From contig JBGQLG010000006.1 in NCBI GenBank assembly GCA_041499965.1, forward strand, positions 2,947 to 66,946: DNA of 64,000 nt. The letters are read 5' to 3'. Origin of the DNA: Candidatus Methylomirabilia bacterium. GTDB taxonomy: Bacteria > Methylomirabilota > Methylomirabilia > Rokubacteriales > CSP1-6. Shown piece after piece: positions 1-10,877 of this stretch. The position numbers and the translations under genes are program-made. How positions within the stretch are numbered: the first letter of the stretch is position 1; every line of letters starts with the position of its first letter. The notes beneath the pieces are model-generated. The model saw only the letters and a program-made list of their open reading frames with translations. It was not told the origin of the DNA and did not search any database.

Positions 1-96
1 CCGATGACGCCGTGGGGCAAGCCGACCAAGGGCTACAAGACCCGGCGCGGCGCGCGCCCCACCGACGCCTTCATCGTCACGCGCCGGAAGAAATAG
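1..96 (+). CDS. rplB: 50S ribosomal protein L2, C-terminal end (gene starts upstream of window)
   Basis: Frame 1 reads ...[28 protein letters not shown] then TAG at 94-96. This is the basic L2 C-terminus, directly upstream of rpsS as in S10 operons. Confidence 0.85.
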   Translation, partial: PMTPWGKPTKGYKTRRGARPTDAFIVTRRKK

Positions 97-105
97 GAGC
101 CCGGG

Positions 106-399
106 ATGGGACGCTCGCTCAAGAAGGGGCCGTACATCGACGAGAAGCTCTACGGGCGCATCGAGGAGCTGAACCGCACACGTCAGAAGAAGGTGCTGAA
201 GACGTGGTCGCGGCGCTCCACGATCGCGCCGGAGTTCGTCGGCCACACGCTGGCCGTGCACAACGGCAAGAAGTTCATCCCGGTGTACGTGACCGAGAAC
301 ATGGTGGGCCACAAGCTCGGCGAGTTCGCGCTGACGCGGACGTTCAAGGCCCACGGCCAGGCCGAGAAGGCCTCCGCCACCCCGACGGGCAAGGCCTGA
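106..399 (+). CDS. rpsS: 30S ribosomal protein S19
   Basis: [15 protein letters not shown]...[23 protein letters not shown] is a typical S19 sequence. Operon position fits. Confidence 0.97.
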   Translation: MGRSLKKGPYIDEKLYGRIEELNRTRQKKVLKTWSRRSTIAPEFVGHTLAVHNGKKFIPVYVTENMVGHKLGEFALTRTFKAHGQAEKASATPTGKA

Positions 400-404
400 G
401 CCTC

Positions 405-923
405 ATGGTCACCAACGCCAAGGCCCGCTTCGTTCGCGTGTCGGCCCGCAAGGCGCGGCTGGTCCTCGACCAGATCCGCGGCAAGTCGGTGGGCGACGCG
501 CTGGCCACGCTCGAGTTCACGCCCCGGGCGGCCGCCCGGCTCATCGAGAAGGTCCTCCGCTCGGCGGTGGCCAACGCCGAGCACAACCACCAGGTGCGCA
601 ACCTCGACGACCTGCGGGTCGTGCAGGCGGTGGCCGACGGCGGTCCCTCGCTCAAGCGCGTGCAGCCGCGCGCCATGGGGCGCGCGTTCTTCATCAAGCA
701 CCGCACGAGCCACCTGACGATCGCCGTGAGCGACGAGGTGAGCAGCCCCCGCGGCGTCCTCACGCGGCCCCGCCACATGCAGATCCGCCGGCTTCCGGCG
801 AGGGCGCCGGCCGCCGCTCCGGCCCCGGCCGTCGCCGCGCCGGCCGCGCGGCCGCGGCCGGGCCGCCCGTCGTCGTCGGCGCCCCGCGGTCGGGGTCGGG
901 CGAAGCCGAAGGAGAAAGAGTAG
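405..923 (+). CDS. rplV: 50S ribosomal protein L22 with ~60-aa Pro/Ala/Arg-rich C-terminal tail
   Basis: ATG at 405 is in frame with the 12..923 [28 protein letters not shown]...[15 protein letters not shown] is L22. The frame stays open to TAG 921-923, 3 nt before rpsC. Confidence 0.93.
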   Translation: MVTNAKARFVRVSARKARLVLDQIRGKSVGDALATLEFTPRAAARLIEKVLRSAVANAEHNHQVRNLDDLRVVQAVADGGPSLKRVQPRAMGRAFFIKHRTSHLTIAVSDEVSSPRGVLTRPRHMQIRRLPARAPAAAPAPAVAAPAARPRPGRPSSSAPRGRGRAKPKEKE

Positions 924-926
924 ACG

Positions 927-1571
927 ATGGGCCAGAAGACACATCCGATCGGCTTCCGCCTGGGCTCCACGCGGACGTGGTCGTCGCGCTGGTTCGCGAC
1001 GAAGAACTACGCCGACCTGCTGCACGAGGACGTGAAGATCCGCCGGCACATCAAGGACCAGCTCTACCACGCGGGCATCTCGAAGATCGACATCGAGCGC
1101 TCGGCCAACCGCGCGCGCATCACCATCTTCACGGCGCGCCCCGGCATCATCATCGGCCGCAAGGGCTCCGAGGTCGAGCGGCTGAAGAACGAGCTGCAGA
1201 TGCGTACCGGCAAGGAGATCTACCTCAACATCGAGGAGGTCATCCATCCGGAGCTCGACGCCCAGCTCGTCTCCGAGAACGTCGCCCTGCAGCTGCAGAA
1301 GCGGGTGGCCTTCCGGCGGGCCATGAAGAAGGCGGTCACCTCGGCGCTCCGGCTCGGCGCCGACGGCATTCGCATCGCCTGCGCGGGCCGGCTGGGCGGC
1401 GGCGAGATCGCGCGCCGCGAGTGGTATCGCGACGGCCGGGTGCCGCTCCACACGATCCGGGCCGACATCGACTACGGCCAGGCCACCGCCCACACGACGT
1501 ACGGGACGATCGGCGTGAAGGTCTGGATCTTCAAGGGCGAGGTGCTCCGCGCCGCGCCGGCGGAGGCCTAG
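927..1571 (+). CDS. rpsC: 30S ribosomal protein S3
   Basis: [13 protein letters not shown]...RAMKKAV... carries S3 KH/C-terminal domain motifs. Confidence 0.97.
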   Translation: MGQKTHPIGFRLGSTRTWSSRWFATKNYADLLHEDVKIRRHIKDQLYHAGISKIDIERSANRARITIFTARPGIIIGRKGSEVERLKNELQMRTGKEIYLNIEEVIHPELDAQLVSENVALQLQKRVAFRRAMKKAVTSALRLGADGIRIACAGRLGGGEIARREWYRDGRVPLHTIRADIDYGQATAHTTYGTIGVKVWIFKGEVLRAAPAEA

Positions 1572-1581
1572 GGGCGACCTC

Positions 1582-1998
1582 ATGCTGATGCCCAAGCGCG
1601 TCAAGTACCGCAAGGCCCAGCGCGGCAACATGCGCGGCAAGGCCCAGCGGGGATCCTCCCTGGCCTTCGGCGAGTACGGGCTCAAGGCCCTGGAGCCGGG
1701 CTGGGTGACCAACCGCCAGATCGAGGCGGCACGGGTGGCGCTCACCCGCAGCCTCAAGCGCGGCGGCAAGGTGTGGATCCGCGTGTTCCCCGACAAGCCG
1801 GTGACCAAGAAGCCGGCCGAGACGCGGATGGGCAAGGGCAAGGGCAATCCCGAGGAGTGGGTGGCCGTGGTGAAGCCCGGCCGCATCCTCTACGAGATGG
1901 AAGGCGTGCCCGAGGACGCCGCCCGCGAGGCGTTTCGGACCGCCGCCAACAAGATGGGCATCTCCACGAAGTTCGTGACCCGGACGCGGACCCTATGA
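1582..1998 (+). CDS. rplP: 50S ribosomal protein L16
   Basis: [15 protein letters not shown]...ETRMGKGKG is the L16 signature. Confidence 0.97.
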   Translation: MLMPKRVKYRKAQRGNMRGKAQRGSSLAFGEYGLKALEPGWVTNRQIEAARVALTRSLKRGGKVWIRVFPDKPVTKKPAETRMGKGKGNPEEWVAVVKPGRILYEMEGVPEDAAREAFRTAANKMGISTKFVTRTRTL

Positions 1999-2342
1999 AA
2001 GCGGCCAAGTGGCGCGACCTCTCGGACGACGAGGTGACGCAGAAGGTGCGTGAGCTGTCCGAGGAGGTCTTCAACCTCCGGTTCCAGTTGACGATGGGCG
2101 TGGCCAAGAACCCGTCGCGGATCGGCGAGGTCCGACGCGATCTGGCCCGCGCGTACACGATCATCCGCGAGCGCGGCGGCACGCCGGCGGCGGTGGCGGC
2201 GGCGGTCGCCCCGGCGCCCGCGCCGGCCCCGGCGCCCACGGCGAAGGCCAAGGCCCCCCGGCGGGCCAAGGCGCCGGCGAAGGCGAAGGCCAAGAAGCCG
2301 CCCCAGGCGAAGTCGGCCAAGACGAAGAAAGTGAAGGGATAG
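1995..2342 (+). CDS. rpmC: 50S ribosomal protein L29 with ~50-aa Ala/Lys/Pro-rich C-terminal tail
   Basis: ATG at 1995 makes an ATGA overlap with the rplP stop and is in frame with ORF 1773..2342. [31 protein letters not shown] is L29. Confidence 0.9.
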   Translation: MKAAKWRDLSDDEVTQKVRELSEEVFNLRFQLTMGVAKNPSRIGEVRRDLARAYTIIRERGGTPAAVAAAVAPAPAPAPAPTAKAKAPRRAKAPAKAKAKKPPQAKSAKTKKVKG

Positions 2343-2346
2343 GCTC

Positions 2347-2601
2347 GTGGGCGAGCGCAAGACGCGAGAGGGCGTCGTGGTGAGCGACGCCATGCAGAAG
2401 ACGCGGGTGGTACGGATCGAGCGGGTCTACCGCCATCCGCGCTACCAGCGGGTCATCCGCATGTCCAAGAAGCTGAAGGCGCACGACGAGGACAACGCCA
2501 GCCACGTCGGTGACCGGGTGCTCATCGAGGAGACCCGGCCGATCTCCAAGGACAAGCGCTGGCGCATCCGCCAGGTGCTGAGCCGGGTGGCCCAGGCATG
2601 A
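2347..2601 (+). CDS. rpsQ: 30S ribosomal protein S17
   Basis: GTG start. [30 protein letters not shown]...[12 protein letters not shown] is S17. Confidence 0.95.
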   Translation: MGERKTREGVVVSDAMQKTRVVRIERVYRHPRYQRVIRMSKKLKAHDEDNASHVGDRVLIEETRPISKDKRWRIRQVLSRVAQA

Positions 2602-2966
2602 TCCAGCCCCGCTCCATGCTCGACGTCGCCGACAACTCCGGCGCCAAGAAGGTCCAGTGCATCCGGGTGATGGGCGGCGCCAACAAGCGCTACGCCTCCC
2701 TCGGGGACACCGTGATCGTGGCCGTCAAGGAGGCGGCGCCGGACGGGACGGTGAAGAAGGGTGAGGTGGCGCGGGCGGTGGTGGTGCGGACGGTCAAGGA
2801 GGTTCGGCGCCGCGACGGCTCCTACATCCGCTTCGACCGCAACGCGGTCGTGCTCATCAAGCCCGACGAGAATCCGGTCGGCACCCGCATCTTCGGGCCG
2901 GTGGCCCGCGAGCTGCGGGAGCGACAGTTCACCAAAATCATCTCGCTGGCACCCGAGGTACTGTGA
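2598..2966 (+). CDS. rplN: 50S ribosomal protein L14
   Basis: [24 protein letters not shown]... is L14. ATGA overlap with rpsQ. Confidence 0.97.
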   Translation: MIQPRSMLDVADNSGAKKVQCIRVMGGANKRYASLGDTVIVAVKEAAPDGTVKKGEVARAVVVRTVKEVRRRDGSYIRFDRNAVVLIKPDENPVGTRIFGPVARELRERQFTKIISLAPEVL

Positions 2967-3292
2967 TGCCGTTTCTGCACGTTCGGCGGGGCGACCTGGT
3001 CGGCGTCATCGCCGGTCGGGAACGGGGCAAGCGCGGCAAGGTGCTGCGCGTGCTCACCGACAAGAACCGCGTGGTCGTCGAGCACGTCAACATGATCAAG
3101 AAGCACCAGCGCCCCACCCAGAAGCTGCGGCAGGGCGGCATCATCGAGCGCGAGGGGGCGCTGGCGCTCTCCAACGTGCTGCCGATCTGCGGCAGCTGCG
3201 ACAAGCCGTCCCGGACCGGCAGCAAGCTGCTCGCCGACGGACGCAAGGTCCGCACCTGCAAACGGTGCGACGAGCCGATCGACAAGGGTTGA
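2963..3292 (+). CDS. rplX: 50S ribosomal protein L24 (KOW domain plus CxxC...CxxC C-terminal ribbon)
   Basis: [22 protein letters not shown] is a KOW motif. The C-terminus carries CGSC-x19-CKRC. The start is GTG 2963 or ATG 2966. Confidence 0.93.
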   Translation: MMPFLHVRRGDLVGVIAGRERGKRGKVLRVLTDKNRVVVEHVNMIKKHQRPTQKLRQGGIIEREGALALSNVLPICGSCDKPSRTGSKLLADGRKVRTCKRCDEPIDKG

Positions 3293-3297
3293 GCGAT

Positions 3298-3984
3298 ATG
3301 GCCAAGCCAGGCGGAACTCCCGCACCGAAGGCCCCGGCCGGCAAGGCGCCGGCCCGGCCCCAGCAGCAACCCCGGCGGGGTGACAAGGGCGCCCCCGAGG
3401 CCCCCGTCACCAAGACGCGGCCGAAGGGCACCGGCGACGTGCCGCCGCGGCTGAAGGAGCACTTCGCCCGCACGGCGGCGCCGGCGCTCATGAAGGAGCG
3501 CAGCTATCGCAACGTGTGGGAGGTGCCCCGGCTGGACAAGGTCGTGATCAACATGGGCGTGGGCGAGGGGCGCGAGAACGCCAAGGTGCTCGACTTCGCG
3601 ACCGCCGACCTGCAGCTGATCAGCGGCCAGAAGCCGATCGTCACCCGAGCCAAGAAGTCGATCGCCAACTTCAAGCTGCGCGAGGGCGTGCCGATCGGCG
3701 CCAAGGTGACGCTGCGGGGGTCGCGGATGTACGAGTTCCTCGACCGGCTCATCAGCATCGCGCTGCCGCGGGTGCGCGACTTCAAGGGCGTGCCGCCCAA
3801 GGGCTTCGACGGCCGGGGCAACTACGCGCTGGGGCTGCGCGAGCAGCTCATCTTCCCCGAGATCGTGTACGACAAGATCGACAAGGTGCGCGGCATGGAC
3901 ATCAACATCGTGACGACGGCGCGGACGGACGAGGAAGGCCGGGCGCTCCTCGCGCATCTCGGCATGCCGTTCAGGGAGTCCTAG
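3298..3984 (+). CDS. rplE: 50S ribosomal protein L5 (possible ~47-aa N-terminal low-complexity extension)
   Basis: The conserved part, RLKEHF...[16 protein letters not shown]..., is L5. ATG 3298 is in frame and keeps high-GC3 coding bias. An alternative canonical-length start is the in-frame GTG at 3439. Confidence 0.9.
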   Translation: MAKPGGTPAPKAPAGKAPARPQQQPRRGDKGAPEAPVTKTRPKGTGDVPPRLKEHFARTAAPALMKERSYRNVWEVPRLDKVVINMGVGEGRENAKVLDFATADLQLISGQKPIVTRAKKSIANFKLREGVPIGAKVTLRGSRMYEFLDRLISIALPRVRDFKGVPPKGFDGRGNYALGLREQLIFPEIVYDKIDKVRGMDINIVTTARTDEEGRALLAHLGMPFRES

Positions 3985-3987
3985 GGT

Positions 3988-4173
3988 ATGGCCAAGACCG
4001 CGCTCATCATGAAGTCGCTGAACACCCCGAAGTTCTCGACCCGGGGCTATCGCCGCTGCCGGCTGTGCGGGCGGCCGCGCGCCTACATCCGGAAGTTCCA
4101 GATGTGCCGCCTGTGCTTCCGCGAGCTGGCCCTCAAGGGCGAGATTCCCGGCATCGTGAAGGCGAGCTGGTAG
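3988..4173 (+). CDS. rpsN: 30S ribosomal protein S14, short zinc-binding (type Z) form
   Basis: 61 aa with [23 protein letters not shown] (CxxC...CxxC). Confidence 0.93.
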   Translation: MAKTALIMKSLNTPKFSTRGYRRCRLCGRPRAYIRKFQMCRLCFRELALKGEIPGIVKASW

Positions 4174-4175
4174 CC

Positions 4176-4571
4176 ATGCGTACCGATCCGATCGCCGATC
4201 TGCTCACCCGCATCCGCAACGCCAGTAACGCCGAGCACGAGAAGGTCGACATCCCGTCCTCCCGGCTCAAGGTGCGCATCGCCGAGCTGCTCAAGGAGGA
4301 AGGGTTCATCAAGAACTTCCGCGTGCTGGAGGACAGCCGGCAGGGGATGCTGCGCGTCTACCTGAAATACGGCACCGGCAACGAGAAGATGATCTCGGGC
4401 CTGGTGCGCGTCTCGACCCCGGGCCGGCGCGTCTACGTCGCCCACGACAAGATCCCGTCGATCCTGGCGGGCATGGGCGTGGCGCTGCTGTCGACGTCGC
4501 GCGGCGTGTTCACCGACCGCGAGGCCCGCAAGCAGAAGGTCGGCGGGGAAGTCCTCGCCTACGTGTGGTAG
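4176..4571 (+). CDS. rpsH: 30S ribosomal protein S8
   Basis: ATG 4176 is in frame with ORF 3516..4571. [16 protein letters not shown]...GGEVLAYVW is S8. Confidence 0.96.
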   Translation: MRTDPIADLLTRIRNASNAEHEKVDIPSSRLKVRIAELLKEEGFIKNFRVLEDSRQGMLRVYLKYGTGNEKMISGLVRVSTPGRRVYVAHDKIPSILAGMGVALLSTSRGVFTDREARKQKVGGEVLAYVW

Positions 4572-4582
4572 GAGAAGCCCAC

Positions 4583-5125
4583 ATGTCCCGCATCGGCAAG
4601 CAACCGATTCCCATCCCCCCGGGCGTGAAGGTCCAGGTGGACGGCCTGACCGTCCGCGCCGAGGGTCCCAAGGGCAAGCTCACCCAGCTGGTCCCGGCGG
4701 GCCTGACGCCGCGCGTCGCCGACAGCACGGTCTTCATCGACCGCCACGACGAGGACCGCCGGGTCCGGGCGCTGCACGGCCTGGCCCGCGCGCTGGTCGC
4801 CAACATGGTGACGGGCGTGAAGGACGGCTTCGAGCGCAAGCTCGACATCGTCGGTATCGGCTACCGGGCGCAGATGCAGGGCAAGAGTATCCAGCTGGCG
4901 CTCGGCTACTCGCATCCGGTGCTGTTCCCGCTGCCCGACGGCATCACCGCCGAGATCGACAAGCAGACGGCCATCACCCTGCGAGGCGCCGACAAGGCGG
5001 TCCTGGGCGAGACGGCCGCCAAGCTGCGCGCCCTGCGCAAGCCCGATCCCTACAAGGGCAAGGGGATCCGCTACTCGGGCGAGGTGGTGCGCCGCAAGGT
5101 CGGCAAGAAGGCGGGCGCGAAATGA
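4583..5125 (+). CDS. rplF: 50S ribosomal protein L6
   Basis: [17 protein letters not shown]... is L6. ATG 4583 is preceded by AGGAGA. The track ORF begins 18 nt earlier at 4565. Confidence 0.95.
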   Translation: MSRIGKQPIPIPPGVKVQVDGLTVRAEGPKGKLTQLVPAGLTPRVADSTVFIDRHDEDRRVRALHGLARALVANMVTGVKDGFERKLDIVGIGYRAQMQGKSIQLALGYSHPVLFPLPDGITAEIDKQTAITLRGADKAVLGETAAKLRALRKPDPYKGKGIRYSGEVVRRKVGKKAGAK

Positions 5126-5487
5126 TCATCAAGGATCGCCGAGGACCGCGCGACAAGCGGCACCACCGGCTGCGGCGCTGGGTCCGGGGGACCGCGGCCC
5201 GGCCGCGCCTGGCGGTGTTCCGCAGCCTCAATCACGTGTACGCCCAGCTCGTGGACGACGACACCGGCCGCACGCTGGTCGCCGCCGACAGCCGGAGCAA
5301 GGAGTTTCGGACCGGCCAGCCCCGGGGCGGCAACGTCGCCGCCGCCAAGGCGGTCGGCGAGCTCTTGGCCCAGCGGGCCAAGGCCGCCGGCGTGCAGCAG
5401 GTCGTGTTCGATCGCGGCGGCTACAAGTACCACGGACGGGTCAAGGCACTGGCCGACGCCGCGCGGGCCGGCGGCCTCGTGTTCTAA
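5122..5487 (+). CDS. rplR: 50S ribosomal protein L18
   Basis: ...[18 protein letters not shown]...[22 protein letters not shown] is L18. ATGA overlap with rplF. Confidence 0.95.
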   Translation: MIIKDRRGPRDKRHHRLRRWVRGTAARPRLAVFRSLNHVYAQLVDDDTGRTLVAADSRSKEFRTGQPRGGNVAAAKAVGELLAQRAKAAGVQQVVFDRGGYKYHGRVKALADAARAGGLVF

Positions 5488-5489
5488 TC

Positions 5490-5610
5490 GGGCCGATGAA
5501 AACAGGCCATCTGCGTCGTTGCCTCCTCGGGCGCGCCCTGCGGCGTATGCGGCATACGCCTCGGTCGGCCCTTCGTCGGCGCCTAGCATCTGGCCTGTTT
5601 TGATCGGCCC
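5490..5610. repeat. 121-nt imperfect hairpin element (divergent member of the repeat family also at 15423-15574 and 34589-34738)
   Basis: The arms GGGCCGATGAAAACAGGCCATCTGC (5490-5514) and GCATCTGGCCTGTTTTGATCGGCCC (5586-5610) are inverted repeats. The apical hairpin is GGCGTAT-GCGGC-ATACGCC. The element fills the otherwise unexplained 180-nt rplR-rpsE spacer. Confidence 0.75.
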
Positions 5611-5667
5611 TCGGCGCGAGGCGACGGGATTATTAATCTGATGACGGACGGGACCAGGAGAAACTGA

Positions 5668-6204
5668 GTGGCGGAAGCGAAGATCGATCCCAGCGTGCTG
5701 GAATTGAACGACCGTGTCGTCTCCATCAACCGGGTGGCCAAGGTCGTCAAGGGCGGGCGGCGGTTCTCGTTCACGGCGCTGGTCGTCGTGGGCGACGGCC
5801 GTGGCCACGTCGGCGTCGGCCTCGGCAAGGCCCACGAGGTGCCGGAGGCGATCCGCAAGGCGGTCGAGCACGCCAAGAAGGACATCATCTTCGTCGCGCT
5901 CAAGGAGACGACGATCCCCTTCGAGATCACCGGGCACTTCGGCGCCGGCCGGGTCTTCCTCAAGCCGGCCGCTCAAGGCACCGGGGTCATCGCGGGCGGT
6001 GCCGTGCGTCCGGTGCTCGAGGCCGCCGGGGTGCAGGACATCCTGACGAAGACGCTGGGGACGAACAATCCCCACAACGTCCTGAAGGCCACCATCGACG
6101 CGCTCAGGCGGATCAAGCGGCTGCAGGACCTGCACGCGGCGCGCCGGCGCGGCAATGACGGCAACCTGGCAGAGGAGACGGTCGGTGCCAGACAAGAGGC
6201 TTAG
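5668..6204 (+). CDS. rpsE: 30S ribosomal protein S5
   Basis: GTG start after GGACCAGGAG. ...[28 protein letters not shown]...[11 protein letters not shown] is S5. Confidence 0.96.
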   Translation: MAEAKIDPSVLELNDRVVSINRVAKVVKGGRRFSFTALVVVGDGRGHVGVGLGKAHEVPEAIRKAVEHAKKDIIFVALKETTIPFEITGHFGAGRVFLKPAAQGTGVIAGGAVRPVLEAAGVQDILTKTLGTNNPHNVLKATIDALRRIKRLQDLHAARRRGNDGNLAEETVGARQEA

Positions 6205-6373
6205 AATCACTCTCGTGAAGAGCATCATCGGCCTCAGCCCCAAGCAGGAGGGGACGGTCAAGGCCCTCGGGCTGCGGCGGATGTGGCAGCAGGTGAGCCA
6301 CGACGACACCCCGGTGATCCGCGGCATGATCGCCAAGGTGCCGCACGTGCTGCGGGTCAGCCATGAAGCTTGA
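6185..6373 (+). CDS. rpmD: 50S ribosomal protein L30
   Basis: [29 protein letters not shown]...DTPVIRGMI is L30. GTG 6185, with GAGGAG 7 nt upstream, gives the canonical length. The track ORF starts at ATG 6155. Confidence 0.88.
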   Translation: MPDKRLRITLVKSIIGLSPKQEGTVKALGLRRMWQQVSHDDTPVIRGMIAKVPHVLRVSHEA

Positions 6374-6836
6374 CGATCTGCGTCCCGCCCTCGGCGCCGT
6401 CACCCGTCGCAAGCGGGTGGGCCGCGGACCAGGCTCCGGTCACGGCAAGACCTCGACCAAAGGCCACAAGGGCCAGAATGCCCGCTCGGGCGGGGGCAAG
6501 ACCAGCGGCTTCGAGGGCGGCCAGATGCCGCTCTACCGCCGCCTGCCCAAGCGCGGCTTCCTGCCCTACGGCGGCAAGACGAAGTACGCGGTCGTGAACC
6601 TCGAGTCGCTGGGCGTCTTCGCGGCGGGCAGCGTCGTGGATCCCGAGGGCCTCGTGAAGGCTGGCCTCGTCAAGCGGGGCGCGCGGGGGCGTGTGAAGCT
6701 GCTCGGTGAGGGTGAGGTGGCGCACGCCCTCACGGTGCGCGTGCACGCCGTGAGCCAGGCCGCGCGGACGAAGATCGAGGGCCAGGGCGGCCGCATCGAG
6801 GTGTTGCCCGAGAAGGAGAAGGCGGCGGCTTCGTGA
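6363..6836 (+). CDS. rplO: 50S ribosomal protein L15
   Basis: [38 protein letters not shown] is L15. Confidence 0.95.
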   Translation: MKLDDLRPALGAVTRRKRVGRGPGSGHGKTSTKGHKGQNARSGGGKTSGFEGGQMPLYRRLPKRGFLPYGGKTKYAVVNLESLGVFAAGSVVDPEGLVKAGLVKRGARGRVKLLGEGEVAHALTVRVHAVSQAARTKIEGQGGRIEVLPEKEKAAAS

Positions 6837-8164
6837 TCGAAAGCCTGCAGTCGTTCCAGAACATCTTCAAGATCCCCGAGCTGAAGCGTCGGGTGATCTT
6901 CACCGCCATCCTGCTCATCGCCTACCGGATCGGGGCCCACGTGCCCACCCCCGGGATCGATGGGCACGCCCTCGCCCAGTTCTTCGACCAGGCGCAGGGC
7001 ACGCTCCTCGGCATGGTGGACCTGTTCTCGGGCGGCAATCTCCGGCGGCTGTCGATCTTCGCGCTCGGCATCATGCCCTACATCTCGGCGTCGATCATCC
7101 TGCAGCTGCTCACGGTCGTCATCCCGGGCCTGGAGCGGCTGGCCAAGGAAGGCGAGGCCGGGCGCAAGAAGATCACCCAGTACACCCGCTACGGCACCAT
7201 CGCGCTGTCGCTCGTGCAGTCGCTCGGCATCGCCTACGGGCTCGAGGGCATGCCGACGCCGAGCGGGGTGGGCATCGTGCCGCACCCGGGCTGGGGCTTC
7301 CGGCTGCTCACGATGGTCACGCTCACCGCCGGCACCGCGCTGATCATGTGGCTCGGCGAGCAGATCTCCGAGAAGGGCATCGGCAACGGCATCTCGATGA
7401 TCATCTTCGCCGGCATCGTGGTGCGGCTGCCCTCGGCCATCCAGGCCTCCTACACGCTCATCACGACCGGCGAGATGAAGCCGTTCGTGTTCATCGCCAT
7501 CCTGGTCCTGATGGTCGCGGTGACCGCGGCGGTCGTCCTCATGCAGGAGGGCCAGCGCAAGATCCCCGTGCAGTACGCCAAGCGGGTGGTGGGCCGGCGC
7601 GTCTACGGCGGGCAGTCCACCCACATCCCGCTCCGGATCAACACGGCCGGCGTCATCCCCGTCATCTTCGCCTCCTCGCTGATCCTGTTCCCGGCCACCC
7701 TCACGCGCTTCATGCCCTACGGCTTCATGCAGTCGGTGGCCGACGCGCTGAGCCCGGGCCGGATGACCTACACCGTGCTGTACATGGGGCTCATCGTCTT
7801 CTTCGCGTACTTCTACACGGCGATCGTGTTCAACCCGGTCGACCTGTCGGACAACATGAAGAAGTACGGCGGCTTCATCCCCGGGGTGCGACCGGGCAAG
7901 AAGACGGCCGAGTACATCGACCACGTGCTGACCCGGATCACCCTGCCGGGCGCCCTGTTCCTGGCCGTCATCTCGGTGCTGCCCGACCTGCTCATCCGCC
8001 TGGTCAACGTGCCGTTCTACTTCGGCGGGACCAGTCTGCTCATCGTCGTCGGCGTCGCGCTGGACACCGTGCGCCAGATGGAATCGCACCTGCTCATGCG
8101 CAACTACGAGGGCTTCCTCAAGCGGTCCAAGTCGCGCTCGGGCGCCTTCGCCCGGAGGAGCTGA
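6833..8164 (+). CDS. secY: protein translocase subunit SecY
   Basis: 443 aa and polytopic. ...[19 protein letters not shown]... and the position after rplO fit SecY. Confidence 0.97.
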   Translation: MIESLQSFQNIFKIPELKRRVIFTAILLIAYRIGAHVPTPGIDGHALAQFFDQAQGTLLGMVDLFSGGNLRRLSIFALGIMPYISASIILQLLTVVIPGLERLAKEGEAGRKKITQYTRYGTIALSLVQSLGIAYGLEGMPTPSGVGIVPHPGWGFRLLTMVTLTAGTALIMWLGEQISEKGIGNGISMIIFAGIVVRLPSAIQASYTLITTGEMKPFVFIAILVLMVAVTAAVVLMQEGQRKIPVQYAKRVVGRRVYGGQSTHIPLRINTAGVIPVIFASSLILFPATLTRFMPYGFMQSVADALSPGRMTYTVLYMGLIVFFAYFYTAIVFNPVDLSDNMKKYGGFIPGVRPGKKTAEYIDHVLTRITLPGALFLAVISVLPDLLIRLVNVPFYFGGTSLLIVVGVALDTVRQMESHLLMRNYEGFLKRSKSRSGAFARRS

Positions 8165-8167
8165 CGG

Positions 8168-8818
8168 GTGCGGCTGATCTTCCTCGGCCCCCCCGGCGCT
8201 GGCAAGGGCACCCAGGCCCGCGAGCTGGCGCGCGAGTGGGGCGTGCCCCAGGTCGCCACCGGGGAGATGCTGCGCGAGGCGGTGGCGGCCGGTACCCCGC
8301 TCGGGCGCGAGGCCAAGCGCATCATGGGGACGGGCGCGCTCGTTCCCGACGACGTGATCGTGGGGCTGATCGCCGAGCGCCTCCGCCAGCCCGACGCCGC
8401 CGGCGGCTTCATCCTCGACGGCTTCCCACGCACCATCGGCCAGGCCGAGGCGCTGGGCCGCCTGCTGAAGGACCTCGGCCAGAAGCTCGACGGCGTGGTG
8501 TACTTCCAGGTCGCCGAGCCGGAGCTGCTCCGGCGACTGACCGGCCGCCGGCTCTGCCGCCAGTGCCAGACCGCGTTCCATATGGTATCGGCCCCGCCGC
8601 GGCGTGAGGGGATCTGCGATCACTGCGGCGGCCCGCTTTACCAGCGGGACGACGACAGCGAGGCCACCGTGCGCAACCGTCTGCGCGTCTACGAGCAGCA
8701 GACGGCGCCGTTGCTCGACTACTACCGCCACCGCGGCCTGCTGACCCCGATCGACGGCGTCGGCCCGGTCGATGCCATCCGCGCGGCGATCCGTCGCGCC
8801 GCCACGGAGACCCGGTGA
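8168..8818 (+). CDS. adk: adenylate kinase (Cys4 zinc-lid form)
   Basis: The P-loop is GPPGAGKGTQ. The lid is CRQC...CDHCGG. Confidence 0.96.
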   Translation: MRLIFLGPPGAGKGTQARELAREWGVPQVATGEMLREAVAAGTPLGREAKRIMGTGALVPDDVIVGLIAERLRQPDAAGGFILDGFPRTIGQAEALGRLLKDLGQKLDGVVYFQVAEPELLRRLTGRRLCRQCQTAFHMVSAPPRREGICDHCGGPLYQRDDDSEATVRNRLRVYEQQTAPLLDYYRHRGLLTPIDGVGPVDAIRAAIRRAATETR

Positions 8819-9588
8819 TCGAGCTGAAGTCGGCGCGGGAGATCGGGCTCATGCGGCGGGCCGGCCACATCCTGGCCGACGTCGTGGAGCGGCTCCGGGT
8901 CGGCGTGAAGCCGGGAATGTCGACGCTGGAGATCGACGAGGACATCGAGGAGTTCATCCGGGCCCAGGGGGCCAAGCCGGCCTTCAAGGGCTACCGGGGA
9001 TTCCCGGCGACCGTCTGCATCTCGATCAACGAGGAGGTCGTGCACGGGATTCCCTCGGCCCAGCGCCGCGTGAAGGAGGGGGACATCGTCGGTCTGGACC
9101 TCGGGTGTATCGTCGAGGGGTACTACGCCGATTGCGCGTTCACCCTCGCGGTCGGAGCCGTGCCGCCACGGGTCCAGGAGCTGCTCGACGCCACCCGCCA
9201 GAGCCTGGAGGCCGGCATCGTGGAGTGCTCCCCGGGCCGGCGGCTGTCCGACGTCTCGCACGCCATCCAGGTGCACGTCGAGAAGCACGGGTTCTCGGTC
9301 GTGCGCGCCTTCGTCGGCCACGGGATCGGGCGTGCCCTGCACGAGGAGCCCCAGGTGCCGAACTTCGGCGACCCGGGCCGCGGGCCCCAGCTCAAGCCAG
9401 GCATGGTGCTGGCCATCGAGCCCATGGTCACCATGGGGAGCTGGGAGGTCCGGATCCTCGACGACGGTTGGACGGCGGTGACGAAGGACGGCAGCCTCGC
9501 CGCCCACTTCGAGCACACGATCGCGGTGACGGAGGCGGGTCCCGAGGTGCTGACGCGCAAGAGCGGAGGCGCGGCCCAGGCCGCCTGA
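8815..9588 (+). CDS. map: type I methionine aminopeptidase
   Basis: ...[23 protein letters not shown]...DIVGLDLG...FVGHGIG...EPMV... are MetAP metal-ligand motifs. Confidence 0.96.
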   Translation: MIELKSAREIGLMRRAGHILADVVERLRVGVKPGMSTLEIDEDIEEFIRAQGAKPAFKGYRGFPATVCISINEEVVHGIPSAQRRVKEGDIVGLDLGCIVEGYYADCAFTLAVGAVPPRVQELLDATRQSLEAGIVECSPGRRLSDVSHAIQVHVEKHGFSVVRAFVGHGIGRALHEEPQVPNFGDPGRGPQLKPGMVLAIEPMVTMGSWEVRILDDGWTAVTKDGSLAAHFEHTIAVTEAGPEVLTRKSGGAAQAA

Positions 9589-9598
9589 GAACACGGAC

Positions 9599-9817
9599 AT
9601 GCCAAAAGAAGACGCGATCGAGGTCGAAGGCACCGTGGTGGAGCCGCTGCCGAACGCGATGTTTCGCGTCGAGCTGGAGAGCGGCCACCGCGTCCTCGCG
9701 CACGTGAGCGGCAAGATGCGGATGAACTTCATCCGGATCCTGCCCGGCGACCGCGTGAAGGTGGAGCTGTCGCCCTACGACCTCACGCGGGGACGCATCA
9801 CGTACCGGTTCAAGTAG
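9599..9817 (+). CDS. infA: translation initiation factor IF-1
   Basis: [41 protein letters not shown] is IF-1. Confidence 0.97.
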   Translation: MPKEDAIEVEGTVVEPLPNAMFRVELESGHRVLAHVSGKMRMNFIRILPGDRVKVELSPYDLTRGRITYRFK

Positions 9818-9830
9818 GAGCGAACGAGCG

Positions 9831-9944
9831 ATGAAGGTGAGACCGTCGGTCAAGCCGCGCTGCGAGCATTGCAAGATCGTCAAGCGCCAGGGCGTCGTGC
9901 GGATCATCTGCAAGAACCCGCGGCACAAGCAACGGCAGGGATAA
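9831..9944 (+). CDS. rpmJ: 50S ribosomal protein L36 (not in supplied ORF track)
   Basis: Hand translation gives [37 protein letters not shown] (37 aa, CxxC...C...H). It sits in the expected infA-rpmJ-rpsM position. Confidence 0.9.
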   Translation: MKVRPSVKPRCEHCKIVKRQGVVRIICKNPRHKQRQG

Positions 9945-9948
9945 ACCT

Positions 9949-9974
9949 CGGAGGGGGGCTTCGCCCCCCTTCCG
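9949..9974 (+). terminator. GC hairpin downstream of rpmJ (attenuator/processing site candidate; no U-tract)
   Basis: CGGAGGGGGGC-TTC-GCCCCCC(T)TCCG forms a 7-bp G/C stem plus a 4-bp outer stem with one bulge. Confidence 0.3.
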
Positions 9975-10037
9975 AAACCTCCCCCCAGGAGGATGGCGCC
10001 GGCAAAGCCGGCGCTCGAAGAGGACGGAGACAGGGCT

Positions 10038-10454
10038 ATGGCGAGAGTGGCTGGAGTGGATTTGCCGCGGGAGAAGCGTGGGGAAGTGGCGGTCACGTAC
10101 ATCTATGGGATTGGCCGGGCCACCGCCAACCGGATCCTGGCCAAGGCCAGCGTCGATCCGGGCAAGCGGGTCAAGGCCTGGAGCGACGAGGAGACCGCCC
10201 GCGTGCGCGAGATCATCGAGCGCGAGCTGAAGGTCGAGGGCGACCTGCGCCGCGAGATCTCCATGAACGTGAAGCGGCTGATGGACGTCGGCTCCTATCG
10301 GGGGATCCGGCATCGCCGGGGGCTGCCCGTGCGCGGCCAGCGGACCCACACCAACGCGCGGACGCGCAAGGGCCCGCGCAAGGGCGTCATGGTGAAGAAG
10401 AAGCCCACCGCGTCCGCCCCCGCCCCGGCGGCACCGAAGAAGGCAGGAGCCTGA
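10038..10454 (+). CDS. rpsM: 30S ribosomal protein S13
   Basis: [14 protein letters not shown]...[26 protein letters not shown] is S13. ATG 10038 follows AGGACGGAGA. The track ORF starts 45 nt earlier. Confidence 0.95.
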   Translation: MARVAGVDLPREKRGEVAVTYIYGIGRATANRILAKASVDPGKRVKAWSDEETARVREIIERELKVEGDLRREISMNVKRLMDVGSYRGIRHRRGLPVRGQRTHTNARTRKGPRKGVMVKKKPTASAPAPAAPKKAGA

Positions 10455-10457
10455 GGC

Positions 10458-10865
10458 ATGGCTGAGCCCGCGAAGCCCGCTCCCCGCAAGAAGGGTGGCA
10501 AGAAGCGCGAGCGCCGCGAGGTCCGCACCGGCATCGCGCACGTGCAGGCCACGTTCAACAACACGATCGTGACCCTCACCGACAAGATGGGCAACGTCGT
10601 GTCGTGGTCCAGCGCCGGCAGCGCCGGCTTCAAGGGCTCACGCAAGAGCACCCCGTTCGCGGCCCAGACGGCGGCCGAGAACGCCGCCCGCAAGGCGATG
10701 GAGTTCGGACTCAAGCAGATCGAGGTCTTCGTGCGCGGGCCCGGGGCGGGGCGGGAAGCCGCCATCCGCTCGCTGCAGGCGGTCGGGCTCGAGATCAGCG
10801 CGATCCGCGACGTCACGCCCATTCCCCACGACGGCTGCCGCCCGCCCAAGCGGCGGCGGGTGTAG
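10458..10865 (+). CDS. rpsK: 30S ribosomal protein S11
   Basis: ...[42 protein letters not shown] is S11. Confidence 0.96.
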   Translation: MAEPAKPAPRKKGGKKRERREVRTGIAHVQATFNNTIVTLTDKMGNVVSWSSAGSAGFKGSRKSTPFAAQTAAENAARKAMEFGLKQIEVFVRGPGAGREAAIRSLQAVGLEISAIRDVTPIPHDGCRPPKRRRV

Positions 10866-10877
10866 AGGAGGACGGCG

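Noticed and set aside
183-1886. 567-aa ORF antisense to rpsS-rplP, and similar long antisense or alternate-frame ORFs across the ribosomal cluster (e.g. 344..970, 1754..2320, 2938..3957).
   Set aside because: The products are Arg/Gly/Pro/Ala-rich with no recognisable motifs. They lie opposite unmistakable ribosomal-protein frames. Open antisense frames are expected when codon third positions are nearly all G/C.
6566-8731. 721-aa ORF antisense to rplO, secY and adk.
   Set aside because: Same reasoning. The sense frames encode SecY and adenylate kinase with full-length conserved motifs, and the antisense product is low-complexity.
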